From: Patescibacteria group bacterium
GTDB lineage: Bacteria > Patescibacteriota > Minisyncoccia > Phycocordibacterales > UBA9973
Reading direction: 5' to 3'
NCBI GenBank assembly: GCA_040389365.1
Contig: JAZKAB010000003.1
Location: 7,357-71,356 of the forward strand
Length of the DNA: 64,000 nt
A program made the position numbers and the translations under genes. Below, piece by piece: positions 19,418-29,312 of this stretch (its first letter is position 1; each line of letters starts with the position of its first letter). A model generated the notes under the pieces. That model was not told the origin of the DNA. It did not search any database and saw nothing but the letters and a program-made list of their open reading frames with translations.

Positions 19418-19627
19418 ATGTCAGCACCAGAAGAAACAGTTAAAGGCACCGTGAAGGAAGCGCTTCCAAACACTATGTTTAGAGTGCAAATTAACGGAGG
19501 AGACCTTATTATTGCGTACCTAGCAGGAAAAATGCGGTTGCACCGCATTAAAGTGCTTATAGGCGATACTGTAGAGGTGCTGTTGGATCCATATGGTGGA
19601 AAAGGACGTATTGTCAGAAGAGGATAG
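19418..19627 (+). CDS. infA: Translation initiation factor IF-1
   Basis: GTVKEALPNTMFRV, AYLAGKMR.HRIKVL.GD.V. Confidence 0.96.
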   Translation: MSAPEETVKGTVKEALPNTMFRVQINGGDLIIAYLAGKMRLHRIKVLIGDTVEVLLDPYGGKGRIVRRG

Positions 19628-19657
19628 ATAGTATATACTACTCCGGCTTGAACTTAT

Positions 19658-19768
19658 ATGAAGATAAAATCAACAGTCAAAAAAATGTGCGATAAGTGTA
19701 AGATTGTTAAACGCAATCGCCACTTGCTCGTGATTTGCGATAATCCTAAGCACAAACAGAAACAATAA
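19658..19768 (+). CDS. rpmJ: 50S ribosomal protein L36 (not in ORF track)
   Basis: Translated by hand: [36 protein letters not shown]. Lies between infA and rpsM. Confidence 0.96.
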   Translation: MKIKSTVKKMCDKCKIVKRNRHLLVICDNPKHKQKQ

Positions 19769-19780
19769 AGATCAGAACAT

Positions 19781-20161
19781 ATGCGTATTTTAGGTATAAA
19801 CATTCCAAATGAAAAGCGTCTTGATATCGGACTAACAATCCTGTTCGGTATCGGTCGCGCAACTGCAAACAAGGTGCTTCTTGATGCCGGCGTAACTCCA
19901 GACACTAAGCCTGAAGGACTTACTCTAGATCAGGAAAACACTATTCGAAAGAACATCGAAGACCGCACAATTGAAGGAAACCTTAAGCGTGAAATTTCAG
20001 CGAACGTAAAGCGCTTGAAAGACATTAAGGCATACCGCGGCGTACGTCATATGCGCAAATTACCAGTAAATGGCCAGCGCACCAAAACTAACTCTCGAAC
20101 TGTTCGCGGAAACATTCGAAATACTATGGGAAGTGGCCGTCGTAAAGAAAGTAAAACATAA
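19781..20161 (+). CDS. rpsM: 30S ribosomal protein S13
   Basis: GIG, YRG.RH..KLPVNGQRTKTN.RT. Confidence 0.97.
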   Translation: MRILGINIPNEKRLDIGLTILFGIGRATANKVLLDAGVTPDTKPEGLTLDQENTIRKNIEDRTIEGNLKREISANVKRLKDIKAYRGVRHMRKLPVNGQRTKTNSRTVRGNIRNTMGSGRRKESKT

Positions 20162-20166
20162 TTAGT

Positions 20167-20601
20167 ATGGGAAAGAAACGAATTGCAACTCAAGAAGGAC
20201 AGTTGGTGGATGCTGACAAGCGCGGACGCGCTGTTGGACGTACTCCAAAGAAGAAGCTTACTACAGCTATACTAGCTATTGAGGCTACTTTTAATAATAC
20301 AAAGGCCGTGGTAAGCGACACGAAGGGAAATATCCTTTTCTGGTCTTCATCAGGATCTCTAGGATTCAAGGGCGCAAAGAAGGGAACTCCGTTTGCGGCC
20401 TCAAAGGTTGGCGAAGTGCTTGCTGAAAAGGCAGTAACAGCTGGCATCAAGGAAGTGAACGTTATGGTAAAGGGTGTTGGATCAGGCCGCGAACCGTTGA
20501 TTCGAGCATTCGTTGCCCCAGGTATCGAGCTATTATCAATCAAGGACAAGACTCCGGTACCGCACAACGGTCCGAAGGCGAAGAAGCCTCGAAGAGTTTA
20601 A
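20167..20601 (+). CDS. rpsK: 30S ribosomal protein S11
   Basis: ATFNNT, GFKGAKKGTPFAA, TPVPHNG. Confidence 0.97.
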   Translation: MGKKRIATQEGQLVDADKRGRAVGRTPKKKLTTAILAIEATFNNTKAVVSDTKGNILFWSSSGSLGFKGAKKGTPFAASKVGEVLAEKAVTAGIKEVNVMVKGVGSGREPLIRAFVAPGIELLSIKDKTPVPHNGPKAKKPRRV

Positions 20602-20613
20602 ACGTAAAAATAT

Positions 20614-21222
20614 ATGATTTTAGGAGCAAAATACAAAATGTGTCGCCGTCTAGGGGCTGGAGTGTTTGAGAAATGTCAGACACCGAAGTACCTATTGTCT
20701 GAGGCTAAGAAGTCTAAGGCTGTTAAGGGCAAGCGCCCTAAGGCACTTTCAGGATACGGCACCCAGCTTATTGAAAAGCAGAAGGTTCGGTTCTCATACG
20801 GCATTAGCGAAAAGCAGCTGTCTAACTACGTGATCCAGGCCAACCAGGTTAAGGGCATGCCCGTTACTGACAAGCTTTTCGAGCAGCTAGAAAACCGTCT
20901 TGATAACGTAGTATATCGCTTGGGCTTTGCGCACACTCGTCGCTTTGCTCGCCAGCTCGTTTCTCATGGCCACTTTACTGTTAATGGAAAGAAGACTACT
21001 ATCCCGTCTCAGACCGTGCACATCGGCGACATCGTTGCGGTGCGCGAAGGATCTCGCAAGAGTCCAATATTTGCTGATTTTACAGCAAAGGTGAAGAACT
21101 ACATTTGGCCAAAATGGCTGAAGTTTACCCCGGAATCACTTCAAGCTGAAGTGGTGTCAAAGCCAAAGAATGAAGAAGCATTTCTTCAGTTGGATACTGT
21201 TCTTGAGTTCTACAGTCGTTAA
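20614..21222 (+). CDS. rpsD: 30S ribosomal protein S4
   Basis: QLIEKQKVR, LENRLDNVVYRLG, ARQLVSHGH, EFYSR. Confidence 0.97.
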   Translation: MILGAKYKMCRRLGAGVFEKCQTPKYLLSEAKKSKAVKGKRPKALSGYGTQLIEKQKVRFSYGISEKQLSNYVIQANQVKGMPVTDKLFEQLENRLDNVVYRLGFAHTRRFARQLVSHGHFTVNGKKTTIPSQTVHIGDIVAVREGSRKSPIFADFTAKVKNYIWPKWLKFTPESLQAEVVSKPKNEEAFLQLDTVLEFYSR

Positions 21223-21273
21223 TAGAACACAAAGTTGCACTAATTACAAAATAATGGTACTATATTTCACTAT

Positions 21274-22278
21274 ATGAGCGAGCAAAAAATCATTCTTCCA
21301 TCAAAACCAAAAGCAGTACTAGAAGAGGGCAACAAGGGTGTCTTCGAAATTGACGGTCTAGTGCCTGGCTACGGCTACACACTGGGCAACTCACTACGAC
21401 GCATCATTCTTTCTTCTCTTCCGGGAGCTGCTATTACAGCGGTGAAGATTGACGGCGTATCGCATGAATTTTCTACTATTGAAGGCGTTAAGGAGGATGT
21501 TATTACTCTTTTGCTTAACCTAAAGAATGTTCGCTTCCAGCTTATCGGCGACGAGCCAGTCAAGGTGTCATTTTCTGTAAAGGGACCTAAGATCGTTACT
21601 GCAGCTGATATCAACGCCAAGGGCGCGGTATCTATTTCTAATACTGACCAGTACATTTGCGAAATCACTGGCAAGGCTGCTATCAATGTTGAGCTAACAA
21701 TCGAGCGCGGCCTCGGCTTCGTGCCTCGCGATGCTCATCACAAGCAGAAGGCTGATATCGGTACAATTTTCCTAGATGCAATTTTCTCTCCAATTCGTCG
21801 CGTGAGCTATGACGTAGAGGAAATGCGCGTAGGTGACAAGACTAACTTCAACCGTCTTCGTCTTACAATTGAAACTGATGGTACGCTTTCACCTCGTACA
21901 GCACTTGAAACATCAGTGAATACAATGATCGAGCAGCTTGCAGCTATTGTCTCTGTAGACAGTGGCAAGATCATTGCTGACATACAAGCTCAGACTGCAG
22001 CAAAGGCTCCTGCTATTGAATCAGGAGATTCAGAAGAAGAGACAGCCTCAAGTGATGAAGAATCAGTTGACGTTACTGACGTTCTAAAGAACCGAATTGA
22101 CGGCATTGGCCTTTCAACTCGCACGCTTAATGCGCTTTCAGCGGCTAATATCCGCACTGTTGGTGGCATCGCGCGCAAGCGCGTTGACGACCTTCTAGAA
22201 ATCGATGGCATTGGCGACAAGGGCATTACAGAAATCAAGGAGGCACTCGCTCAGTTTAACTTGTCTTTGAAGGACTAA
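21274..22278 (+). CDS. rpoA: RNA polymerase alpha subunit
   Basis: GYGYTLGNSLRRIILSSLPG, HEFSTIEGVKEDV, alpha-CTD LSTRTLNAL. Confidence 0.97.
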   Translation: MSEQKIILPSKPKAVLEEGNKGVFEIDGLVPGYGYTLGNSLRRIILSSLPGAAITAVKIDGVSHEFSTIEGVKEDVITLLLNLKNVRFQLIGDEPVKVSFSVKGPKIVTAADINAKGAVSISNTDQYICEITGKAAINVELTIERGLGFVPRDAHHKQKADIGTIFLDAIFSPIRRVSYDVEEMRVGDKTNFNRLRLTIETDGTLSPRTALETSVNTMIEQLAAIVSVDSGKIIADIQAQTAAKAPAIESGDSEEETASSDEESVDVTDVLKNRIDGIGLSTRTLNALSAANIRTVGGIARKRVDDLLEIDGIGDKGITEIKEALAQFNLSLKD

Positions 22279-22313
22279 TACGGTATAAAGAATACTCGAA
22301 CTAAGAAACTATT

Positions 22314-22667
22314 ATGAGACACCACAACGCTAACAGAAAATTTGGCCGATCAAAGAATCAGCGCAACGCACTTATCAAGGGATTGGAGGCATCTTTGGTG
22401 CAGCACGGTCGCATCATGACGACTGAGGCTAAGGCAAAGGAACTTCGCCCTCATATTGAAAAGCTTGTTACTAAGGCTAAGAACCCAACATTGGCAAACC
22501 GCCGCTTGCTGCTTTCAGGCTTTTATAACAATGAGGCAGTTGTATCTACATTGATCGACAGCATCGCTCCTCGCTTTGCAGATCGCAATGGCGGATACAC
22601 TCGCATCATCAAGCTTGCAGCCCGCAAGGGAGACGCCGCAGCGATGGCAGTAATTGAATTCGTTTAA
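22314..22667 (+). CDS. rplQ: 50S ribosomal protein L17
   Basis: MRH...RKFGR, TTEAKAKELR, RNGGYTRIIK. Confidence 0.97.
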   Translation: MRHHNANRKFGRSKNQRNALIKGLEASLVQHGRIMTTEAKAKELRPHIEKLVTKAKNPTLANRRLLLSGFYNNEAVVSTLIDSIAPRFADRNGGYTRIIKLAARKGDAAAMAVIEFV

Positions 22668-22671
22668 TCAT

Positions 22672-23016
22672 ATGAACTACACTATTGACGCAACAGAAAA
22701 AACACTAGGACGCCTTGCTTCAGAAGCAGCAGCGCTTCTAATTGGAAAGAACAAGACTGACTTCGCCCGCAACGTGCTTTCAGGCAACACCGTGACTGTG
22801 GTTAACGCAGGCAAGCTTAAGGTTTCTGAAAAGAAGCTGAAGGAAAAGTTCTACACTCGCTACTCTGGCTATCCAGGCGGCTTGAAGGAGCTAAGCATGG
22901 CACATGTGGTTGAGAAGAAGGGATACAGCGAAGCGGTAACTATCGCTATCAAAGGCATGCTTCCAGACAACAAGCTTAAGAAAGGCATGATGAAGGCCCT
23001 TACAGTAACTGAATAA
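22672..23016 (+). CDS. rplM: 50S ribosomal protein L13 (short)
   Basis: IDA...LGRLAS, YSGYPGGLK, KGMLP. Confidence 0.95.
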   Translation: MNYTIDATEKTLGRLASEAAALLIGKNKTDFARNVLSGNTVTVVNAGKLKVSEKKLKEKFYTRYSGYPGGLKELSMAHVVEKKGYSEAVTIAIKGMLPDNKLKKGMMKALTVTE

Positions 23017-23020
23017 TATT

Positions 23021-23422
23021 ATGGCAACAACAACTAAGAAAACATACGTAGAGGCAATCGGACGACGCAAGACAGCAACAGCTCGCGTTCGCGTTACAGA
23101 AGCGGCTAAGGCCAGCTATGTAATTAACGACAAGGATCTTGCAACATATTTCCCAACGACTGAGCTGCAGAAGATCGTTACCGACCCATTCAAGATCACT
23201 GACAAGGCATACGCCGTATCAGTGCACGTGAAGGGAAGTGGTATTCACTCTCAGGCAGAAGCAGTTCGCCACGGTATCTCTCGCGTACTTGTGAAAGAAG
23301 ATGAATCTGACAAGACAACCCTCAAGCAGGAAGGTTTCTTGAAGCGTGATCCTCGCTCAAAAGAACGACGAAAATTCGGTCTCAAGAAGGCTCGCAAGGC
23401 CCCACAGTGGTCAAAGCGATAA
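23021..23422 (+). CDS. rpsI: 30S ribosomal protein S9
   Basis: GRRKTATARV, RDPR.KERRKFGLKKARKAPQWSKR. Confidence 0.97.
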   Translation: MATTTKKTYVEAIGRRKTATARVRVTEAAKASYVINDKDLATYFPTTELQKIVTDPFKITDKAYAVSVHVKGSGIHSQAEAVRHGISRVLVKEDESDKTTLKQEGFLKRDPRSKERRKFGLKKARKAPQWSKR

Positions 23423-23431
23423 AGACAAACA

Positions 23432-23458
23432 GCATCCCGAAAGGGATGTTTTTGTTTT
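23432..23458 (+). terminator. Terminator of ribosomal protein cluster
   Basis: GCATCCC-GAAA-GGGATGT plus T run. Confidence 0.8.
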
Positions 23459-23490
23459 ATGGAGAGGTATAGTAGAATCGTTGTAAAATT

Positions 23491-23688
23491 ATGGAAAAGA
23501 TCAGAGACCCCTACGCAAGGAACCAGGGGCCGCTTGTCCGCATACTCTATGCCTGTACCGAAGAGGAGTGCAGCGCTATCAAGATACGATACCAGCCACT
23601 TTCTGGCGAAAGGAATAAGGACTTTCGGCAATATTGCCCTGAATGCAGGATGATAACGCAGCACGTACAGCATATTCAGCTTCATTAG
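23491..23688 (+). CDS. Small zinc-ribbon protein, divergent bL33-like
   Basis: 'ILYACTEEEC...FRQYCPECRMITQH' parallels L33 'I.LACT.C...KKYCP.CRKHTLH'. Confidence 0.55.
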   Translation: MEKIRDPYARNQGPLVRILYACTEEECSAIKIRYQPLSGERNKDFRQYCPECRMITQHVQHIQLH

Positions 23689-23785
23689 TACTGGAGCTTT
23701 TTATATTGACTTTTTTATATTGACACCACGCTTTTATGCTGTAGAGTTATGAAAACAATCTCTTTTACACTAAACCCTCAGTATC

Positions 23786-24460
23786 ATGAAAAAGACACTC
23801 ATTGCAGGACTTGTAACCCTGTTCGTATTTTGGGCACATGTATATATGCTCAATACCTTTAATCCAAAAATTGCTTCTGCAACGGCAAGCTTTAACGGCC
23901 TCGGAATGTTTGAACTCACACATGAAAAATCAGTAATCATGTTTGATAACGTGCACCCGCTGCCTTTTATCGGAGAGTGGCAAAAGTATCAAAGTGTTAG
24001 CTTTGTCTCAACGAGCAGCAATATCGCATTCAATATGGGTGACACTATTAGAAATGATGATGCCACGATGTATGCATTTTGCCTTGCGTTCCTGTTCAGT
24101 ATTCTATTAGCCGCAGGGATCCTCCTATCCTGGTTTTTATCTAAAGGCAAGATAATAAGCAAGCAGTGCGACAGCAGGGATTTTGCACATCTTTATTATG
24201 TCGAGCTTGAGCTTGAAGCAGTGCTAAAAAGAAATCCTCTTTTGCGTGCCGAGCTTGCCTGGTTGCCTCTCTTGCTGGGCTTCATGTTTGTTCAGCCATG
24301 GATTTATGGAAACCAAAACTTTTGGCGTTCGTATGTAAGCTGGATATACATTTCAGGCATTATTGTCTACGGCATCCGAAGCCTGTTTCTGCATGCTTTG
24401 GTTAAAACCATTCAGAACTCGCGTGATCAGCACTCTGCTGATACTAAAGCCCTTTCCTAA
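23786..24460 (+). CDS. Hypothetical membrane protein (orphan)
   Basis: About 4 hydrophobic segments. Own TTGACA promoter and terminator. Confidence 0.6.
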   Translation: MKKTLIAGLVTLFVFWAHVYMLNTFNPKIASATASFNGLGMFELTHEKSVIMFDNVHPLPFIGEWQKYQSVSFVSTSSNIAFNMGDTIRNDDATMYAFCLAFLFSILLAAGILLSWFLSKGKIISKQCDSRDFAHLYYVELELEAVLKRNPLLRAELAWLPLLLGFMFVQPWIYGNQNFWRSYVSWIYISGIIVYGIRSLFLHALVKTIQNSRDQHSADTKALS

Positions 24461-24474
24461 TAGGGGCTTTTTTT
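24446..24474 (+). terminator. Intrinsic terminator
   Basis: AAAGCCCT...GGGGCTTT plus T run. Confidence 0.65.
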
Positions 24475-24502
24475 ATGCCTGATTTTTTGTATAATCAATG
24501 AT

Positions 24503-25123
24503 ATGAAGGATAACGAATACGACGCAGTTGTGCAGTCAGACGAAATTGAGGCGCCCAAGGTTGGCACCGGAGCAGACTTGTCCGGAGACCATGACATGGT
24601 ATTTGAAGCAAGTGACGAAGAGGGGGCTGCGCTTGGCAGCGCCAAGAAAGCTAATGACCTGAAAGAGAAGATCAAGGAACTGCAAAAAGAGAAGCAGGAA
24701 TATCTTGATGGCTGGCAGCGTTCTCGCGCAGACTATGCAAACTTGCAGAAGACAACTGATGACGATCGCAAGCGCATGCGCGCACTGATCGAAGAAAACT
24801 TTATCGAAGACCTCCTGCCAACTATTGATAGCTTTTCAATGGCAATGAGCAACAAGGAAGCGTGGGAAAAGGTTGATGCGAACTGGCGCACCGGCGTTGA
24901 GTATATCTATCAGCAGCTGATGAATACGCTCAAGGAAAGAAACTTCAGCGTCTTTGGAGCTGCAGGGGAAACGTTTGATCCAACGTTGCATGAAGCGGTA
25001 TCTGAAGTTGCGACTGAGGATGCAGCGCTTGAGCATAAAATTGCAGGCGTATTGCAGCAAGGGTACAAGATTGGAGACAATATCTTGCGGGCAGCGCGAG
25101 TGTCGGTGTATACGGTAAGATAA
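24503..25123 (+). CDS. grpE: Nucleotide exchange factor GrpE
   Basis: QRSRADYAN, LLPTIDSF, FDPTLHEAV, QQGY.IG..ILRAARV. Confidence 0.95.
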   Translation: MKDNEYDAVVQSDEIEAPKVGTGADLSGDHDMVFEASDEEGAALGSAKKANDLKEKIKELQKEKQEYLDGWQRSRADYANLQKTTDDDRKRMRALIEENFIEDLLPTIDSFSMAMSNKEAWEKVDANWRTGVEYIYQQLMNTLKERNFSVFGAAGETFDPTLHEAVSEVATEDAALEHKIAGVLQQGYKIGDNILRAARVSVYTVR

Positions 25124-25645
25124 TTATTTTATTAGCTGCGCAAACGCTTCTTCCGTCGCTTCGTCCAGCGTGTCAGTTACAAAGATCATGATCTCGGTCG
25201 AAAGGCCGAGGTCTTTCTTTATATTCATAAACAAATGCTCGAGCGGGTAGGGGGAAATCCAGACCGAGTTTTTTAATAGTATAAAGCCGGCTTTCTTAAG
25301 CAAGTATCGCAATCCGTCGCGCTCAGCCTTTCGGTCTTCAGGCAGGTCGAGCAGGATCACGCGCCACTTGCCATCCCAATTGATATCAAGCACTCCAGTA
25401 TCGGTATCAAGCTTCAGGCTATGCGCTTTGCGCTTGCCTTCGCGCGTAAGGCGCGTATAGGCTTGCTGGCCTGAATGGTGCGTTTCGACTAATCCAGCCT
25501 CTTCTAGGCCCTTCAGAGAGCGCGTAAGGGCATATTTGCCGTCCCCCAGAGAGGTAATGGTTTCAGTCAGTTCAGCAATAGAAACAGCAGGTTTTGCGGT
25601 CAAAAAGGCCAGTATTTTCTTTGAATAGTTCTTTTTGCTTTCCAT
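25124..25645 (-). CDS. PaaX-like transcriptional regulator (wHTH plus Cas2-like PaaX central domain)
   Basis: 'LTREG' wHTH end, 'WDGKWRVILLDLPE...RD.LR..LK..GF..L.NSVWISP'. Confidence 0.8.
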   Translation of the reverse strand: MESKKNYSKKILAFLTAKPAVSIAELTETITSLGDGKYALTRSLKGLEEAGLVETHHSGQQAYTRLTREGKRKAHSLKLDTDTGVLDINWDGKWRVILLDLPEDRKAERDGLRYLLKKAGFILLKNSVWISPYPLEHLFMNIKKDLGLSTEIMIFVTDTLDEATEEAFAQLIK

Positions 25646-25647
25646 GC

Positions 25648-25710
25648 TTGCATACTAGCAAAGAATTGCTATACTATCAACATGTATTTCGCGACCACGA
25701 AATTTATGTA
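25648..25710. promoter_or_regulatory. Overlapping divergent promoters (dnaK and PaaX-like gene) with inverted repeats
   Basis: Plus strand TTGCAT-16-TATACT, minus strand TTGATA-17-TAGTAT. Inverted repeats TAGCAA-N4-TTGCTA and ATTTCG-N6-CGAAAT. Confidence 0.6.
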
Positions 25711-25771
25711 GAAATACTAAATTACTTGATTATTGGAATTGGAAATTATTAATTAGTTTTTTAAAGAGAAT

Positions 25772-27664
25772 ATGGCAAAAATAATTGGAATTGACCTTGG
25801 AACAACGAACTCAGCTGTCGCAATCATTGAAGGCGGACAGCCAAAAATTATAGAAAATATTGAAGGAGCGCGCACGACGCCTTCTATTGTTGCGCTTGGC
25901 AAGAATGGCGACATTCTGGTTGGCCTTTTGGCAAAGCGCCAGGCGGTGACAAATCCGCAGAACACTATCTACGGCATCAAGCGCTTTATGGGTCATCGTT
26001 ATGACGATCCTGCAATGGAGAAGGTAATTAAGACCTCTCCGTTTAAGGTATCAAAAGGCACTGATGGCGGCGTATTGGTAAATCTTGGCGGCAAGGACTA
26101 TCGTCCGGAAGAGGTGTCAGCAATGATCTTGCAGAAGATCAAGTCAGACGTGGAAGCGAAGCTTGGCGAGAAAATCACCGAAGCAATCATTACCGTGCCT
26201 GCATACTTTAACGATGCGCAGCGCAAGGCAACGAAGGATGCTGGTGCGATCGCTGGACTGGATGTGAAGCGCATCATTAACGAGCCAACTTCAGCTGCAT
26301 TGGCATATGGGCTGAATACGAAGAAAGACGAAAAGATCGTAATCTTTGACCTTGGAGGCGGTACGTTCGACGTGTCAGTGCTCGAAGTATCTAACGACGT
26401 GATCGAGGTGAAGTCTACAGACGGCGACTCGATGATGGGCGGTCGCGATATTGATCTTAAGATCATGAACTGGATCGCAGGCGAATTCAAGAAGCAGTCG
26501 GGCATTGACGTTATGGGTGATCCGCTTGCATTGCAGCGTCTTGATGAGGCAGCGGAAAAGGCAAAGATTGAGCTTTCAACAACGCTTGAAACAGAAATCA
26601 ATATCCCGTTCATCACCTCAACTGATGCAGGCCCACAGCACTTGCTGCTGAAGATTAGCCGCGCGCAGCTTGAAGAGCTAGCCAGCGAATTCGTTACCGC
26701 TTCTATTGATATTACCAAGCGCGCCCTTGATGCCTCAGGCTTCAAGATGGCTGACATCAACGAGGTTATTCTTGTTGGAGGCCAGACTCGCATGCCGAAG
26801 ATTATCGAAGAGGTGAAGAAGCTGTTCGGCAAGGAGCCAAACCTTTCTATCAATCCTGATGAAGTGGTGGCGCTTGGCGCAGCCGTACAGGCTGGCGTCT
26901 TGCAGGGCGACGTGAAAGACGTGCTCTTGCTCGATGTTATCCCGCTATCGCTTGGTATCGAGACTATGGGCGGCGTTGCAACGAAGCTCGTAGAGCGCAA
27001 CACGACAATCCCGTCATCAAAGTCGCAAGTATTCTCAACAGCGTCTGACAACCAGACCTCAGTCGATATTCATATCGTGCAGGGCGAGCGCCCTATGGTG
27101 GCTGACAACAAGTCGCTTGGGCACTTTAATCTTGATGGCATCCCGCCAGCACCGCGAGGCATGCCGCAGATCGAAGTTACCTTTGACGTTGATGCCAACG
27201 GTATCCTGAACGTGAAGGCTAAGGACAAGGCAAGCGGCAAGGAGCAGTCTATTCGTATCGAAGCGTCATCAGGCCTAACGCCAGAAGATATCGAGCGCAT
27301 GAAGAAGGATGCAGAACTGCACGCAAAGGAAGACGAGGAGAAGAAAGCTGTCGCAGATATCAAGAATACTGCCGACATGACTATCTTCACCGCAGAAAAG
27401 TCTCTTCAGGATCACAAGGATGCATTGCCTGAAGAGTTGAAGACTTCAGTTACTGCAAAGATTGCAGAGCTTCGCACTGCCAAGGATGGCACTGACAAGG
27501 CAGCAATCGAGGCAAAGATCCATGAGCTTTCAGCAGAAATGCAGAAGATCGGAGAGCACATGAACAAGGCCAATGCAGAAGCCCAGCCATCCGAAGGAGC
27601 AGTTCCTGAAGGGGAAGTGAAGGATGCTGCTGCGGAGGAAACTCCGGAACAACCGGCTCAATAA
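25772..27664 (+). CDS. dnaK: Chaperone DnaK
   Basis: [39 protein letters not shown]. Confidence 0.98.
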   Translation: MAKIIGIDLGTTNSAVAIIEGGQPKIIENIEGARTTPSIVALGKNGDILVGLLAKRQAVTNPQNTIYGIKRFMGHRYDDPAMEKVIKTSPFKVSKGTDGGVLVNLGGKDYRPEEVSAMILQKIKSDVEAKLGEKITEAIITVPAYFNDAQRKATKDAGAIAGLDVKRIINEPTSAALAYGLNTKKDEKIVIFDLGGGTFDVSVLEVSNDVIEVKSTDGDSMMGGRDIDLKIMNWIAGEFKKQSGIDVMGDPLALQRLDEAAEKAKIELSTTLETEINIPFITSTDAGPQHLLLKISRAQLEELASEFVTASIDITKRALDASGFKMADINEVILVGGQTRMPKIIEEVKKLFGKEPNLSINPDEVVALGAAVQAGVLQGDVKDVLLLDVIPLSLGIETMGGVATKLVERNTTIPSSKSQVFSTASDNQTSVDIHIVQGERPMVADNKSLGHFNLDGIPPAPRGMPQIEVTFDVDANGILNVKAKDKASGKEQSIRIEASSGLTPEDIERMKKDAELHAKEDEEKKAVADIKNTADMTIFTAEKSLQDHKDALPEELKTSVTAKIAELRTAKDGTDKAAIEAKIHELSAEMQKIGEHMNKANAEAQPSEGAVPEGEVKDAAAEETPEQPAQ

Positions 27665-27674
27665 GAGTATGAGA

Positions 27675-27706
27675 ACAAAAACACCCTAGTAATAGGGTGT
27701 TTTTGT
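27675..27706 (+). terminator. dnaK terminator
   Basis: ACAAAAACACCCTA-GTAA-TAGGGTGTTTTTGT. Confidence 0.8.
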
Positions 27707-27765
27707 ATTTGTTGACGCAATAGTGCATTAATGGTAATTTAATAAAAATTAAATCTTTAAATACT

Positions 27766-28053
27766 ATGATGTACCTGCTGTATATGCCATTTATTGGCGT
27801 AATTTTTCTTCTCAAAACTATCTATCGGTTGATCTACTTGCTGCTATGGATAGTATGGAATTTTAAATTTCCTAAAAAGTTTTATTTTAGCCTTCACGAT
27901 GAAGACGATGAGTATAAGTCGTATTACATAGTGCATTCTATTTGGGAAGCACTCAGCACGGTATTTATTGATTCAGATTCCTGGGGAGACGTATGTAACG
28001 AAACAGTGCGACAGCCAGAAGCATGCGATGCCGAGATCGGATTTATGTTCTAA
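27766..28053 (+). CDS. Hypothetical membrane protein (AT-rich orphan)
   Basis: Hydrophobic N-terminus and acidic C-terminus. Upstream TTGACG promoter, downstream terminator. Confidence 0.55.
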   Translation: MMYLLYMPFIGVIFLLKTIYRLIYLLLWIVWNFKFPKKFYFSLHDEDDEYKSYYIVHSIWEALSTVFIDSDSWGDVCNETVRQPEACDAEIGFMF

Positions 28054-28068
28054 ATAATTGCAAACTAT

Positions 28069-28099
28069 AAGCCCCTTATATATTATAAGGGGCTTTTTT
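28069..28099 (+). terminator. Intrinsic terminator
   Basis: AAGCCCCTTATA-TAT-TATAAGGGGCTT plus T run. Confidence 0.8.
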
Positions 28100-28130
28100 A
28101 TTTCCCATACTGTGCTATAGTATGCAGACT

Positions 28131-28208
28131 ATGAACAAGAAACGAAAAATTGCTGCAAAAAAGAAGCGCAAGGCAGACGGAAAAACAGTGTCTCTCCGAC
28201 ACCGATAA
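28131..28208 (+). CDS. Putative 25-aa Lys/Arg-rich peptide (not in ORF track)
   Basis: [34 protein letters not shown] at 28113-28121, enclosed by two terminators. Confidence 0.55.
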   Translation: MNKKRKIAAKKKRKADGKTVSLRHR

Positions 28209-28211
28209 TAC

Positions 28212-28241
28212 TAAAAGCCCCTCTTTATAGAGGGGCTTTTA
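28212..28241 (+). terminator. Intrinsic terminator
   Basis: TAAAAGCCCCTCT-TTAT-AGAGGGGCTTTTA. Confidence 0.8.
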
Positions 28242-28258
28242 TATGCTATTATGGCCTT

Positions 28259-29311
28259 ATGAGCAAAGACTATTATGAGATTTTGGGCGTCTCAAAGACT
28301 GCATCGAAAGATGAAATAAAGAAGGCCTTCCACAAGCTTGCCCATAAGCACCATCCGGACAAGAATGGCGGGGACGACAAGAAGTTCAAGGAGGCAAATG
28401 AGGCATACCAAGTGCTTTCTGATGACAGCAAGCGAGCGCAGTATGACCAGTTCGGTTCAGCCGGCCCAAGCATGGGCGGAGGCGGGCAAGGTGGCGGTTT
28501 CGAAGGCTTCGACTTTTCTCAATTCACCCAGGGCGGCTTCGACATGGGAGATATTTTTGGCGATCTGTTTGGCGGAGGCGGCCGACGCAGCCAGCGCGGC
28601 GCAGACTTGCAGACAAGCATTAGTCTTGATTTCAAAGACGCTGTCTTTGGCGTTGAAAAGGAAATTCGCATTACAAAACCTTCAGCCTGCAATACCTGTC
28701 ACGGCAATGGTGCAGAGCCTGGCACTGAATTGCATACCTGCGACAACTGCAAGGGCAGCGGCGTGATCAAGACAGTGCAGCGTACCATCTTGGGCTCTAT
28801 TGCAACAAATCAGGTCTGTCCTAAATGCGATGGCTCTGGAAAGATTCCAAAAGTTGCATGCCATACCTGCAAGGGCAAGGGTGTTGTTAACGAAGCGCGC
28901 ACTATCAAAATATCAGTTCCGTCTGGCATTCAGAACGGAGAAACATTGCGATTGCATGAAATGGGCGAAGCGATGAAGGGCTCGCCCTCGGGCGACTTGT
29001 ATGTGCGCATTCTCGTTGCGCCGCACAAGACAATCGTTCGGCAGCAGTATGATCTTGTTTCAAGCTTGAATATCAAGCTCACCGATGCATTGCTCGGAGC
29101 AGAGCATGTTGTTGAAACGCTTGACGGTCCGGTCAAGGCAACTATTCCTGCTGGTACAAAAGTCGGCGATACGGTAACATTGAAGCAGCACGGCGTGCCG
29201 CATGGTTCAAAGCGTGGCAACTTTATTATCAAACTAAACATAACTCTTCCAGAAAAGCTTTCAAAGCACGCAAAGGAAATGATTGAAGCGCTTAAGAAAG
29301 AGGGACTCTAA
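28259..29311 (+). CDS. dnaJ: Chaperone DnaJ
   Basis: J domain HPD, G/F-rich region, four CxxCxGxG repeats. Confidence 0.97.
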   Translation: MSKDYYEILGVSKTASKDEIKKAFHKLAHKHHPDKNGGDDKKFKEANEAYQVLSDDSKRAQYDQFGSAGPSMGGGGQGGGFEGFDFSQFTQGGFDMGDIFGDLFGGGGRRSQRGADLQTSISLDFKDAVFGVEKEIRITKPSACNTCHGNGAEPGTELHTCDNCKGSGVIKTVQRTILGSIATNQVCPKCDGSGKIPKVACHTCKGKGVVNEARTIKISVPSGIQNGETLRLHEMGEAMKGSPSGDLYVRILVAPHKTIVRQQYDLVSSLNIKLTDALLGAEHVVETLDGPVKATIPAGTKVGDTVTLKQHGVPHGSKRGNFIIKLNITLPEKLSKHAKEMIEALKKEGL

Positions 29312-29312
29312 T

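Noticed and set aside
25124-25645. Cas2-like domain suggesting a CRISPR-Cas locus
   Set aside because: The Cas2-like fold is the PaaX central domain fused to a wHTH. No cas1, other cas genes or repeat-spacer array were seen.
25654-25675. CIRCE element before dnaK
   Set aside because: TAGCAA-N4-TTGCTA only partly resembles TTAGCACTC-N9-GAGTGCTAA. Arm sequence and spacing do not fit.
26098-27051. 317-aa ORF antisense to dnaK
   Set aside because: Well-known shadow ORF on the dnaK opposite strand caused by codon bias. It has no independent promoter or motifs.
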